From Stegostoma tigrinum (Eukaryota), in the NCBI RefSeq assembly GCF_030684315.1, contig NC_081371.1:51156390-51220389 (forward strand): 64,000 nt of DNA. The letters run 5' to 3'. The translations under genes were made by a program, and so were the position numbers. Positions 50,601-60,242 of this stretch are shown piece by piece. A model generated the notes under the pieces. The model had not been told where the DNA came from and made no database searches. It saw only the letters and a list, made by a program, of their open reading frames with translations. Each line of letters opens with the position of its first letter. Within the stretch, counting starts at the first letter, position 1.

Positions 50601-53600
50601 GTTCATATGAAAGTTGAAATCGCAGACTACTTGGAAGTGCATGGTAAAATTGGGCTGATTCAGAAGGGTTTCATCAACAACATGCCTGACAAATCTGTTA
50701 GAATTCTTTATGGAGGTTTATGGACAAGCAAGTTATACAAAAGAGAGCCAGTGGATATCACCTGTTGGGTTTCCAGAAGGCTAATGACAAGGTGCCACAC
50801 AGGAAGCTGTTAAATAAGAGCCCATAGTGTAAAGGACAAGGTAGTGGCATGGATAGAGGATGGGTAGAAGGCAGAGAGTAGGAATAAAGAGGTCTTCTTC
50901 ACGATAGCAGCCATTGCCTACAGGAGTTCTGCAAGCGTCAGTATTAGGACCACGACTGTTCATAGTATACAGTAATGATCTGGACAAAAGGAACTGAGGG
51001 CAGTATTGTAAGTTTGCAAGTAAAACAAAGATAGGTAAAGGCGCAGGTAGTTAAGAGGAATTGGGGAGGCTGCAGAAGGACTTGGACGGCATTGGACAAT
51101 GGGCAAACAAGTGGCAGCTGCAATATAATGTGGGAAATTGTGAGATTACACACTTTGGCACAAAGAACAGTGGCATCAGTAATTTTCTAAACGAGGAAAG
51201 CCTTCAGAAATCTGGACCTCAAAGGGAGTTGGGAGTCCGAGATCAGAGTTCTCTTAAGGTTGACATGCAAGTTCGATCAGCTGATAAGAAGGCAAATTCA
51301 ATGTTAGCATTCATTTCAAGAAGTCTAGAATACAACAGCAGAGATGTATTGCTGAGGCGATATAAAGTACCAGTAAGACTGCATTTAGAATATTGTGAGT
51401 AGTTTTGAGCCCCTTATCCAAGGAAGGATGTGCCAGTATTAGACTGGGTCCAGAGGAGTTTACAAGAACAATCCAAGGGATGAAGGGCTTGTCATATGAG
51501 GAGCAGTTATGGGCTCTGAGTCTGTACTCAATGGAATTTAGAAGGATGAGGAGGGAATCTGATTGAAACTTACAGAATACTGAGAGACTTGCATAGAGTG
51601 GACATGGGGCAGATGCTTCCATTAGATTAGATCAGATTCCCCACAGAGTGGAAACAGGCCCTTCGGCCCAACAAGTCCACACGGCCCCTTGCAGCATCCC
51701 ACCCCTGAAATCTACTGGCTATTTAGCATGGCTGATCTACCTAGCCTGCACATCTTTGAACTGTGGGAGGAAACTGGAGCACCCGAAGGAAACCCACGCA
51801 GAAACGGGGAGAATGTGCAAACTCCACACAGACAGTCACCTGAGGCTGGAATTGAACTCAGGTCCCTGGCGCAGTGAGACTGCAGTGCTAACCACTGAGC
51901 CACCATGCCACCCGAGTAGGAGAGACTAGGACCTGAGGACACAGGGAAAAGGGGTGGCCCTTTAGAACTGAGACAAGGAGGAATTTCTTCAGGAGGAGGG
52001 TGGTAAATCTCTGGAACTCGTTTCCACAGAAGGCCTTGGAGGCCAAATCATTGAGTGCATTTAAGACAGAGACAGATAGGCTCTTTGTTAGTGAAGGAAT
52101 CAAGGGTAATGGGGAGAAAGCAGAAGAATGGAGTTGAAAAATATATCGGCCATGATTGAACGGTGGAGCAGACTCAATGGGCTGAATGGCCTAATTCTGC
52201 ACCCATATCTAATGGTCTTAGGTTGCTGCTCTCCTGGATATCAGTGTGAAACTAGCCAGTGTGAATGCCCACTTTGATAGGCAAAACTGTTACCTGCAAT
52301 GCTTGCTCTAAAGCTGCAGGGCTGCTGCAATGTTTTGTGATCAGTAATCTCAGAGGCCCAGTAGCCAGAAAGAAAACTAGAGGAGAAGTTATTTACCTAG
52401 CGGCTGCAGTTCACTGGCATCATCTCTCGGTATCCGCGTCAGTCAACATTCCCCAACATCTCAGGGTACCATCCATGGGCAGCCTACTCTCCTCTGTCGA
52501 CACAGACAGGCGTCAGGAATGCAGCAGCCTGAATACATCATCAAGGTCCATCTCGGGCTAACCTACAACACACTTCAGCACTTCAAAGTGCAACTGACAC
52601 CTTACATTGCAAAACTGATGCCAGGCCACTTTGCCGACAAGGACAGGTGCCATTTCATGCTACAGAACAAGCTGCATCTCAGGACTCTAGAGTTTGTTGG
52701 CTTAGTGCTCAATTGCTTTGCACTTTCTTGGACACTCACAGCATCTCAGCCTTGCCTTGTTTTGTTTTCTATTGCAGATAGAAATCCAGGCAGCTTCCCA
52801 TATTTAATAATGACCAAAAATAACGACAGATGCTGTAAATCAGGAACAAACACAACTTCTGTTTTTGTCCTTCAGCTTGCCATGTTTGCCAGCAGTGAAC
52901 AGTCAGGAGAGCGGGCATGTTGATGAGTGGCACGCTGCTATATTAATGTCACACCTTCGGCATGTGGCAGCAGTTTGAATGACAAACACACTACACATGC
53001 TCCAACTAAGATGGGTGAAAGTCTAACAGGAGCTATCCTTTGTCTGTTAAGGGCAACTATGGCCAGTCAGGGGACTGGTCCATCCTCAGCTGTGAAAGGC
53101 GGTGAGATGTGCCGAATGAGTAAGTAGGAAGTACAGAGGGTAGGAAGGGTTAGTCACTTGAGTAGATGACGTGGGTGGGAAGATTGAGGGAAGATGCAAT
53201 AGTGAAGATGTTAGAGCATGGGCCTTGGTGGGAGCTGGGTGTATTCACAGAGATAGAGTGAATTGTGAAATAGCAGAGAGAGGTTGGTGGCACTTACCCT
53301 GGCAGAGCGCAGAGATCTTCCTGAAGCACTACTGCGCAATATGGAGACCGCACTGTCTCAGTAGCAGTGTGGCAGTGTATTAACTGTTGTGCAGCTGCAG
53401 TTGAAACCTGGTGCTCACCTTAAGGTCCTGACACAGGAATGTATTTCCACAGCTGCTGAGCACAAGATTGCACAAGAACAGTGCTGTGGAGGTGGTGCGT
53501 AAACTTACTGAGGTGAGCAGCACAAAATTACATGGGAAATGCCACTCATCCCTAGGAGGAAAGCTACCCATGACACACCCTGAAATTCAGTGTGTGTTTT

Positions 53601-54602
53601 CATATTAAGTAAAAGGCCAGTTTAAACTTACAATGTTTGTGAAACAATGGAATACAAATGGGAGTTTCTCATCATACACGCAGTGTTTAATTTTGCCTGT
53701 TGCAGAACTAAGCAGTTCATTCACATAACTGCTGACTGTCTTAGCTAGTGTGAATACAGCCTCCCTGACAAGTTTTTCTGTCAGTATGTCAGGAAAATTC
53801 ATTACATAATAGAGAGTTTCACTGTGATGTTCCCACATGCCAATGTCAGTAGCAGGGACAGTCACCTACTACAAGAAACAAACCATCAAACCATTTAAGT
53901 ATGAGCTTGAGTAAATCATCACTGCAAACCACCAAAGTTATAACATTTTCCAAAACCAGTTTCTGAGAGTTAGAACTGTCATCCCAACCCAATTCTCTCC
54001 AGCTACCACCCATTCTGACTCTGTGAAATGCCTCAGGATATTTTGGGAATTGTTAACTGGGACTGGGTTTGGAAAAGCTAAGCACCACATTTTTGTGACA
54101 ACAGCATGTTGAGCCTGGGCCATTTTAACCACTGGACCTTGTACACGCCCATCAACTGATAAAAAATCATATGGCCCAGGGCTGCATGGTAAGTGACGGT
54201 TAATAAGTTCCAGCGGGGTCACTTAAAGTGTAGAGATAGCAGATTTCAGGTGTGACATGGAGTGTGGGCCAGCAAAGGCTTCACTTAAAAGCATTGAGCA
54301 AACATTTCATTCAGCAAGGTACTCCCCTCAAAACACATGGTTAAAAAAATTGAATTTCTAATGGTCTAGCAGGGCACTATTTCACATTCATGTGAGAAGC
54401 TACATTCTACATTAAATGGAATTCTCAACCACTTTCAAAACACCAGTGTAAAAAAATCCCCAAGGAATGGATGGCAGGCTGATTTAGTCGCTCAAAAACC
54501 TAGTGCTATCTTTCTGAAGCATCTATCCCAACATCCGCTGAAAGTCAATGAGTATGAGAATTGTTACTTTACAGTGTACTTACTTTTTCTAATTAATGGC
54601 AT
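29518..54602 (-). CDS. GLT8D2: Glycosyltransferase 8 domain-containing protein 2; complement join(54584-54602,48339-48431,44924-45152,42951-43068,41277-41361,36889-37001,36585-36751,32693-32805,29518-29690), 1110 nt, 369 aa
   Basis: Spliced translation MPLIRKINQGLLFL..., IPIIICAAEDRLGG, KWIENTKL, LNFVRYFIP..KVIYLDDDVIIQGDI (GT8 DXD), GHAAAFSTDCD, LLHWNGRYKPW; N-terminus resembles GLT8D2 (MALLRKINQ) more than GLT8D1; tail-to-tail with TDG as in human. Confidence 0.93.
30110..30241 (+). mobile_element. Family A element with 14-bp TSD
   Basis: Core CTGATGAAGGGTCTAGGCCCGAAATGTC; perfect flanks tgaatgattgaaac (30096-30109, 30242-30255). Confidence 0.85.
31085..31200 (+). mobile_element. Family A-related element, diverged
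   Basis: gacccgaaatgtcaaactttcctgctcc...gattctccagcatc. Confidence 0.65.
31660..32020 (+). mobile_element. Old Deu-domain SINE (SacSINE1-like)
   Basis: gtggatctaaaaatatcctgtggcacaatg..gaaaagcagggagtt resembles the Deu core; related copies at 56250 and 59310. Confidence 0.5.
32538..32679 (-). mobile_element. Family B element next to a GLT8D2 donor
   Basis: Minus-strand CTGAGAAAGGGTCACTGGACCTGAAACGTTAAC plus family B body. Confidence 0.75.
32693..32805 (-). CDS. GLT8D2: GLT8D2 coding exon 8
   Basis: tatag|ENLYSSALAEGVVTPPMLIVFHNKHSLVNPLWHIRHL|gtaaga, 113 nt. Confidence 0.95.
33433..33524 (+). mobile_element. Family A element with 16-bp TSD and intact hammerhead-like core
   Basis: Begins exactly at CTGATGAAGGGTCTAGGCCCGAAACGTC; perfect flanks ttgatttgaaatattt (33417-33432, 33525-33540). 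Confidence 0.87.
33795..34505 (+). mobile_element. Unclassified interspersed repeat (non-LTR-type tail)
   Basis: Starts aagatggcag, has a GC-rich middle and ends gacaataaataaatcaaa, similar to the tail at 57120. Confidence 0.4.
35090..35490 (-). mobile_element. CR1 LINE 3' end
   Basis: ggagtaggccattcagccctt...ctcattcttctcaactccagtgaata. Confidence 0.75.
35490..35800 (-). mobile_element. HE1/V-SINE-like SINE
   Basis: ccctacagtgtggaagcaggcc...gcagcagtgctaaccactgagccactgtgcc. Confidence 0.85.
36585..36751 (-). CDS. GLT8D2: GLT8D2 coding exon 7
   Basis: ttccag|TTFMGHLDYRKPTVRGLGINPTTCSFNVGVFVANVTEWKRQRITKQLEKWLVANV|gtaagc, 167 nt. Confidence 0.96.
36889..37001 (-). CDS. GLT8D2: GLT8D2 coding exon 6
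   Basis: ctgcag|GDIQDLYDTVLKPGHAAAFSTDCDLTSTHEMVRTMGMQ|gtgacc, 113 nt. Confidence 0.96.
37540..38645 (-). mobile_element. LINE (CR1-group-like) RT 3' portion, partner of SINE family 2
   Basis: Minus remnants GIPQGSVLGQTIFSCLINDLP, TFVDDT, SLHHRSSVAAVCTIYTMHC; tail ending atgaatgaattttt. Confidence 0.8.
39122..39280. other. Assembly gap (159 N)
   Basis: Run of N. Confidence 1.
39305..39757 (+). mobile_element. CR1 LINE 3' end
   Basis: MLLGMEGLSYKEKLGRL..FSPEHRKLRGDLIDVYKVLRGIDRV; tail tgtatgactctatgac. Confidence 0.85.
41277..41361 (-). CDS. GLT8D2: GLT8D2 coding exon 5 (DXD motif)
   Basis: tttcag|LNFVRYFIPYLIRDHEKVIYLDDDVIIQ|gtattt, 85 nt. Confidence 0.96.
41436..41709. repeat. 21-bp minisatellite, about 13 units (gtgaggcagaytgggatcayt)
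   Basis: Direct reading of the tandem units; the ORF track shows 7-aa periodicity. Confidence 0.93.
41855..42372 (+). mobile_element. CR1 LINE 3' end with (tgtat)n tail
   Basis: cagagaaggtttaccagaatgttg...ctgtattgtattgtattgtactg. Confidence 0.85.
42430..42518 (+). mobile_element. Family A element
   Basis: tgatgaagggtctaggcccgaaacgtcggc plus family A body. Confidence 0.8.
42951..43068 (-). CDS. GLT8D2: GLT8D2 coding exon 4
   Basis: attag|KWIENTKLKGIHYKMMEFNAAILQGKVRPDSARPELLKP|gtgagt, 118 nt. Confidence 0.96.
43700..44060 (-). mobile_element. tRNA-derived SINE family 2, diverged
   Basis: Same body as 47335 and 61720. Confidence 0.7.
44367..44585. mobile_element. Family A inverted pair with 15-bp TSD
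   Basis: Head-to-head copies; perfect flanks tgcctcccacatttg (44352-44366, 44586-44600). Confidence 0.87.
44924..45152 (-). CDS. GLT8D2: GLT8D2 coding exon 3
   Basis: attcag|AEEPESP...EDVIPIIICAAEDRLGGTIATINSIYSNTNANIIFYIITLRDSLVHI|gtaaga, 229 nt. Confidence 0.93.
46280..46660 (-). mobile_element. CR1 LINE 3' end
   Basis: Same subfamily as 39305 (FKVRGKRF..GNSFTQKVV). Confidence 0.8.
46675..47085 (+). mobile_element. CR1 LINE endonuclease-region relic
   Basis: GGGVALLIKD and AIIMSDFNL apurinic-endonuclease motifs. Confidence 0.75.
47088..47277. mobile_element. Family A-related inverted pair
   Basis: Arms ggaacacagcaggtcaggcagcatcagag and ctctgatgctgcctgacttactgtgttcc. Confidence 0.75.
47335..47673 (-). 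mobile_element. tRNA-derived SINE family 2 (possibly Meta-domain type)
   Basis: Minus head GGGAGGCAGTGGCCTAGTGGTATC...GGGTTTGAATCC; body GACTCCAGACCCAC..ATGTGGTTGACTCTTAACTG. Confidence 0.8.
48339..48431 (-). CDS. GLT8D2: GLT8D2 coding exon 2 (type II signal anchor)
   Basis: tttctag|INQGLLFLVILTFCLVLYNKFHKMSLYKEEA|gtgagt, 93 nt. Confidence 0.94.
49900..52220 (+). mobile_element. CR1 LINE ORF2 relic (about 2.3 kb) interrupted by a SINE
   Basis: PGPDGLHPRIL, GNYRP, RLQKDLDG..QWANKWQLQYNV, VRLHLEY motifs, frameshifted; complete 3' tail. Confidence 0.88.
51625..51913 (-). mobile_element. HE1/V-SINE-like SINE nested in CR1
   Basis: Copy with internal deletion splitting the LINE sequence ttccatt/agtaggagagactagg. 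Confidence 0.85.
52230..53590. mobile_element. Possible decayed DNA-transposon (Harbinger-like) relic
   Basis: Non-LINE, moderately GC-rich block; minus strand near 53290-53340 resembles a Myb/SANT-like exon end followed by GTAAGT; family call is weak. Confidence 0.3.
54584..54602 (-). CDS. GLT8D2: GLT8D2 first coding exon (MPLIRK + 1 nt; whole exon 54584-54628)
   Basis: caacag acceptor, aggATGcca, donor A|gtaagt; 19 coding nt, phase 1 joins TT AAT CAG to give MPLIRKINQ. Confidence 0.88.
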
Positions 54603-54899
54603 CCTTTCCCCGTCACTTAGTAAATGATCTGTTGGGGTAATAAGGTGAAGAGAAGCATCAATTAACGAAAAGCCTGAAATATTAAATAGGCACCGATAAA
54701 ATCACACCGGACTCTCAACAGGATTGTGTTTATGGTGAATATGGCCACAATGTCTGCCACCATCAAATGATGCCAGCTTGCGAGTTGAGCCGAATTCCTG
54801 GCATTGGGCCTTCACTGACACGCTGCTGGCTCCTGCGGGAGATAATCAGGTAACAAGATAAGAAAACACATGACTTAGAGCCAAATGGTGTCTCATGGG

Positions 54900-55700
54900 C
54901 TGGAAATAAGAGCACAGAGGAAAGCTGGAGCAGGAGTAGTCCATATTTGAGCTGCTCCTCCATTCAACACAATCATGGCAGATCTATCAGCTCAACTCCA
55001 GGTTCCTGAATTATCCTTCAATCTCTGAATTTCCTCAGAGTCAAAAATCTGTTGTTTTCACTCCTGAATATGTTCAGCAACTGACAATTGATAAATAGTT
55101 ACAGAATACCAACCATTCACACCCATCTGAGTGAATAATTCTTTCCCCAGTTTTTTCCCTATCCTTTTCCCAGATCTAAATGGGTGACCTGTTAGCCCGA
55201 GACCCCTGACTCTCCATCTAGGGGAGGCAGCCTCTAAGCATTTAGTCTTTGAAACCCAAGAGTAATTTTAGTTTTTAAAATTCATTCGCAGGATGAGGGC
55301 ATCATTGGCTAGGCCAGCATTTATTGCCCACCTCAATTGCTCAGACAGCAGTCTGTAGTCAGCCATGTTGCTGTGGGTCTGGAGTCACATGTAGGCCAGA
55401 CTAGATAGGGATAGCATTTTCCTTTCCTAAAGGCCATTATAATTGCTATATAGATTTCAATGATTTTGTCACCTCTCATTCTTCTAAATATGAGAAAGTA
55501 TAGGTCATTCTACATTATTTCTCCTGATAGGACTGTCCTCTAATCCCAGGAAATAGTCTTGTCAACCTTTGTTGGCCCCACTTCTGAAGCAAATGTACCT
55601 TGGAGAAGGAGACCAAAGTGAGGACAGTCCTCAAGTTATAACTCCAACAAAAGTCCTACATAATTTAAGCAAGATCTACTTTGATAGCCAAAGTGCCTTA
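54900..55700 (-). mobile_element. Decayed CR1 3' end with nested SINE family 2 fragment (55278-55437)
   Basis: ggagcaggagtagtccat tail; SINE-2 fragment attcattcgcaggatgagggcatc. Confidence 0.65.
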
Positions 55701-56249
55701 TATATCCATTTTCCACCCTAATTACTTCTTTACCTGTAAATGAGTACAGGGAGCTTCAGTCACACAGACAAAAGGCCAGAATATTTTTTGGAAGCCTACT
55801 GAGAGAATCCCTGACCCTCCTACGAAGCATCCTGAAAGAAAAATCTTGCATGGTGGGAAAATTGCAGCCCTCCCCACCCTCCCCCAACATACAACAAGCC
55901 GCACCATCACCTCCATTTATCCAAATCTGCCAATACGTTTCAACACACAATGTTTCTAATGGCATGGTCCAACCATGGCCTGAAACAGAGGGATGCATCA
56001 GGGTCCAATAATCAAGGGCAAATGGCTCTAGGCAGCCCACTGTGTTCAGATCAAAGCTGCTCTGCTCAAGCAGGGAACCAGAGACAAGGCTAGGAGTAGT
56101 ACTGAGTAATGCAATTCTAGTCCCTGACCTGGATTCCAACTATAAATCCAATGATGGTTATTCTAACTGTTCTGTAATTAGCAGGAATGCTTTGTACCTT
56201 CAGTCCCAAGTAGGCATATAAGATGCCAATGTGCTGTACATGCAATGAA

Positions 56250-56510
56250 GAGCATTGTTTTTAAATGTAGTCAATGTAGCTCTAAAGGAGGAGATGTAGC
56301 AGCTAATTTAATAGAGTAAGCTCATACAAATAGCAATATCAGTTGGTTGAAGGACAAAATTTGGCCAGAAGTCTGAAGAGAACTTCCTGTTCTTCTTCAA
56401 ATTAGCGTCACGAGACATTTTATATCCACCTGAGAGGGTCACCATACGAGACATTTTATATCCACCTGAGAGGGTCCCCATGTGAAAGACTGTCCCCCAG
56501 CAGTGCAATG
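56250..56510 (-). mobile_element. Deu-domain SINE relic with internal 36-bp-period tandem duplication
   Basis: Minus CTCTCAGGTGGATATAAAATGTCTCGTG..TTTGAAGAAGAACAGGAAGTT..CTGGCCAAATT; duplicated acgagacattttatatccacctgagagggtc at 56410 and 56446. Confidence 0.6.
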
Positions 56511-56714
56511 TTTAAGGGGAAAATGGTGGCATAATGGTAATGTGATTGGACCCAGTAATCGAGAGGCCGAGACTAACGCTGGAGGGATGCAGGCCCAATC
56601 CCAGAGCAGCAGTTGGTGGAATTTAAATTGAATCAATAATCCTTGAATAGAAAGTTAGTCTTTGTAATGATAACCATGAAACAATGATCAAATATTACAA
56701 AAACCCATATGGCC

Positions 56715-57143
56715 CAGGACCATAAAAAACTAAAGACGGCTGAAAACACAACCCAATCCATCACGCAAACCAACCTTCCTTCCATTGACTCCATCGACAT
56801 TTCTCGCTGTCTCGGGAAGGCAGGCAACATAGTCAAAGACCCTTCCCACACTACTTAAAATCTCTTCCAAACTCTTCCATGGGGCAGAAGATAGAAAAGC
56901 TTAACAATCGTACCAACAGATTCAAGAACAGATTCTTCCCCACTATTATTAGACTTCTGAATGGGCTATCAAACCTAAATTTTGATCTTGCTATTTGTGC
57001 AACTTCTCTGCAGCTCTAACATTGTATTCCTCGCCGTGTTCTATTACCCTAATGCAATTTGTATGGTATGATCTGCCTGTACCGCATACAAAACAAAACT
57101 TTCACTGTACCTAGGTACATGTGACAATAAATCAAATCAAATC
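56715..57143 (+). mobile_element. Rex1/Babar-like non-LTR 3' end nested in a SINE family 2 copy (56520-57230)
   Basis: accaacagattcaagaacagattcttccc; tail gtgacaataaatcaaatcaaatc; SINE-2 sequence resumes at ccttttagggaaggaaat. Confidence 0.6.
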
Positions 57144-58002
57144 AGGTCAAATAATCCCTTTTAGGGAAGGAAATCTTCTGTGATTTCCCAGTCTGGCTCC
57201 AGAATCCAGACCCACTGCAATGTGCTTGCTTCCCAGGGTCAAACAAAAACAAAATCACCTCCAGTCCTGCATTAGCAGTATTAGGTCAATTTTATCGGCT
57301 CAAGTCTTCTGATGTAGGCACTGAATCCTTTGCCTCGGACACAGAGGGAAATGGTGTTACTTTGGAAGCGGGAGCAGAATGGTGAAATCAGTGATGGTGC
57401 AGTGAAGCCTTCATTCTCTGCCTACCTTGAAAAACTCTGTACACTACCTAAAATTAATATTAACTGTTTTACAGTTTGCACCATTTTTCAAAACTGTTGC
57501 AAGCAATAAATGGCTAAACAAGTTTCAAATGCATTTTAAAATAATCAGGTTTCTAATTGGAAAAGCAAATGGTAGAGAATGTAAGAAATAAGGGCAAGCC
57601 TGTTCCACCATTCAATAAGATCATGGCTGATCTGAACGCAGGCTCCATTCCACTTTCCTACCTGTTGCACAGACAATAATTCCAAAGATTCAAGATCCTC
57701 CAAGAGAAGGAATTCCCTTTTATCTCCATCTTAAGTGACACAACTCCTTGTTCTGAAACCATGGATCTAGATCTTCCCAGCAAGGGAAATGTCATCTCAG
57801 CGCTTAACTTAATAAAGCCCCAGAAGAACATCACATGTTTTGGCAAGATCATCTCTCATTCTTCTATGTTCCACTGAATGTAGAGACCACTGTTCTAGCT
57901 GCAAAGTCAACTGGAAAATCCTGTAACATAATACAAATCGTTGCCAAAGCTTGACCTAATTTGAGGCCATTGGACACTTTACAGTTGAATAAAGTGCCTA
58001 TG

Positions 58003-58640
58003 GCTGCCACCTCTCAGCCCATCTCTGCATCCTGTCAATGACCCGCTGCAGCCTACAACAGCCCTCTTTACTGTCAACGACACCTCCAACCTTTGTGTCG
58101 TCTGCAAACTTGCTGACCCATCCTTCAATTCTCTCGTCCAAGTCATTAATAAAAATTACAAACAGTAGAGGCCCAAGGGCAGACACCTGTGGAACACCAC
58201 TCACCACTGACTTCCAGGCAGAATATTTTCCTTTCACTACCACTTGCTGTCTTCTGGTGGCCAGCCAATTCTGTATCCAAGCAGCTAAGTTCCCCTGTAT
58301 CCCATTCCTCCTGACCTTCTGAATGAGCCTACCATGGGGAACCTTATCAAATGCCTTACTGAAGTCCATATACACCACATCCACAGCTCGACCCTCATCA
58401 ACTTTTCTAGTCACATCCTCAAAAAACTCGATAAGGTTTGTGAGGCATGACCTACCCCTCACAAAGCCGTGTTGACTGTATTTGATCAAGCCATGCTCCT
58501 CCAGATGGTCATAAATCCTATCCCTCAGAATCCTTTCTAACACCTTGCAGACGACAGACGTGAGACTTACTGGTCTGTAATTGCCGGGGATTTCCCTATT
58601 TCCTTTCTTGAAGAGAGGAATTACATTTGCCTCTCTCCAG
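58003..58640 (-). mobile_element. Young, uninterrupted CR1 reverse-transcriptase fragment
   Basis: Open frame [58 protein letters not shown]. Confidence 0.93.
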
Positions 58641-58866
58641 TTATGAAAGAAAAAGTTAGTAAAGCAAGTTCTGCAGATGAACAGGCTTACTGACCTACTA
58701 GACGACAGTATTTCCAGGTGTATAGATCATATCTTTGCATTTTCAAGAAAATGAATAGCACAGCATCACAATATTTACTAACATTTAAATGCAGACCCCT
58801 ACATTTTTTTTTAAACAGATGGTAGCCATGATGTGGAGTTGCTGGTGTTGGACTTGGATGGGCAAG

Positions 58867-59022
58867 GTCAGAAGTCACACGACACTAGGTTATAGTCCAG
58901 CAGGTTTATTTGAAAACACAAGCTTTCAGAGCACCATTCCTTCGTCAGGCAAAGAGACTTCAATAGCTTGTGATTTCAAATAAACCTTTTGGACTATAAC
59001 CTGGTGTCGTGTGACTTCTGAC
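58867..59022. mobile_element. Inverted-repeat element (family D, hammerhead-like core)
   Basis: Arms of about 58 bp (gtcagaagtcacacgacac... and ...gtgtcgtgtgacttctgac); minus core CTGACGAAGGAATGGTGCTCTGAAAGCT. Confidence 0.8.
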
Positions 59023-59114
59023 ATTCTTTTAACAGAAGCAGAGCTGCCATGGACACAAATCCATCTTCAGTATCAATCCGAACACTAAGCATTAATATAA
59101 TAATCATTTTGTAG

Positions 59115-59292
59115 TATCTGTAGTGAGAAAACAGAGTTAATGTTTCAAGTCCTGCGACCTGTCTGCAGACCCCTGTTTGAAACATTAACTCATTTTTCTC
59201 TCCACAGATGCTGCCAGACATGCTGGGTCTGTCCAGCACTTCCTGTCTTGGCTTGTTTCAGATCTCCAGCATCTGCAGTTCTTTGTTTTACA
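59115..59292. mobile_element. Family B inverted element, diverged
   Basis: gagttaatgtttc...gaaacattaactc arms plus family B body. Confidence 0.7.
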
Positions 59293-59309
59293 AATATACT
59301 GGTGGGGCC

Positions 59310-59600
59310 ATTCACTGATAGAGCTTTCATCTTTGAGTCAAAGATAATGGGTTCAAATTCTACTCCAGGGCAGTACTAAGGGATTGCACTGTTGAAGGTG
59401 TTATCGTTCAGATGAGATAAACAAAGATTTTGTCTTCCTTTCAAATGGAAGCAAAATATTCCATGATTTGATAAAATAAAAGGGAAGTTTATCCCAACCA
59501 ACATTTTTCTTTAAATTACCTAAAACAGATTATCTGATCATTATTACATTGGTGACTGTGGAGAATTGCTGTGCATAAATTGGCCTCTATGCCTTCATTT
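59310..59600 (+). mobile_element. Deu-domain SINE relic
   Basis: gggttcaaattc head; aaaacagattatctgatcattattacattgg..gctgtgcataaattggc. Confidence 0.6.
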
Positions 59601-60005
59601 TGCCTGACAACAACTTCACTGTATCTGTGGAGATCAGTGGGTATTGGCCCTGCAACCAGGCACATGCTCTAGGTTCAAATCCCACCTCAGAATCTGATTT
59701 TCACAGAAGGTGTGTCATATCACAGCCAAACAGATTAATTATCCACTGGTAAATCCTTCTGATGTGCCTACAGCAGTTGGTATGGCTTGGGAGAGTTTTC
59801 TGGTCAAACAGTATAGCTGCTGTGCTTGAGTAGGGGTTTAAAAACTCTACACACAGTGCAGTCTTACTGTGAGGGTCATCTCACTCTGAGGGACTATGAC
59901 ACACACTGCCTTTAATGGGTTCAAGGTTGTGAAAGGCACCAAGGTGCAGTGGGAAAAGACTACTGTCTGATATCTTTCTGCCAAAATTAAATGGGCTAAA
60001 TTTGT

Positions 60006-60242
60006 ATCAGTGATAATGGGAACTGCAGATGCTGGAGAATCCAAGATTACAAAGAGTGAGGCTGGATGAACACAGCAGGTCAAGCAGCATCTCAGGAGCA
60101 CAAAAGCTGACGTTTCGGGCCTAGACCCTTCATCAGATGAAGGGTCTCTCTGATGAAGGGTCTCGGCCCGAAACGTCAGCTTTTGAGCTCCTGAGATGCT
60201 GCTTGGCCTGCTGTGTTCATCCAGCTCCACACTTTGTTATCT
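60006..60242. mobile_element. Family A inverted pair, both cores intact
   Basis: gacgtttcgggcctagacccttcatcag (minus core) then ctgatgaagggtctcggcccgaaacgtc (plus core). Confidence 0.87.

Noticed and set aside
57998-58543. 181-aa RT ORF as a domesticated gene
   Set aside because: Internal CR1 fragment with no true ATG start, promoter or splice context
59021-59050. Minus-strand ATG giving MAALLLLKE as the GLT8D2 start
   Set aside because: Its only donor (GTCAGA) comes from a repeat arm; the 54584-54602 exon has a GTAAGT donor, the right phase and better similarity (MPLIRKINQ)
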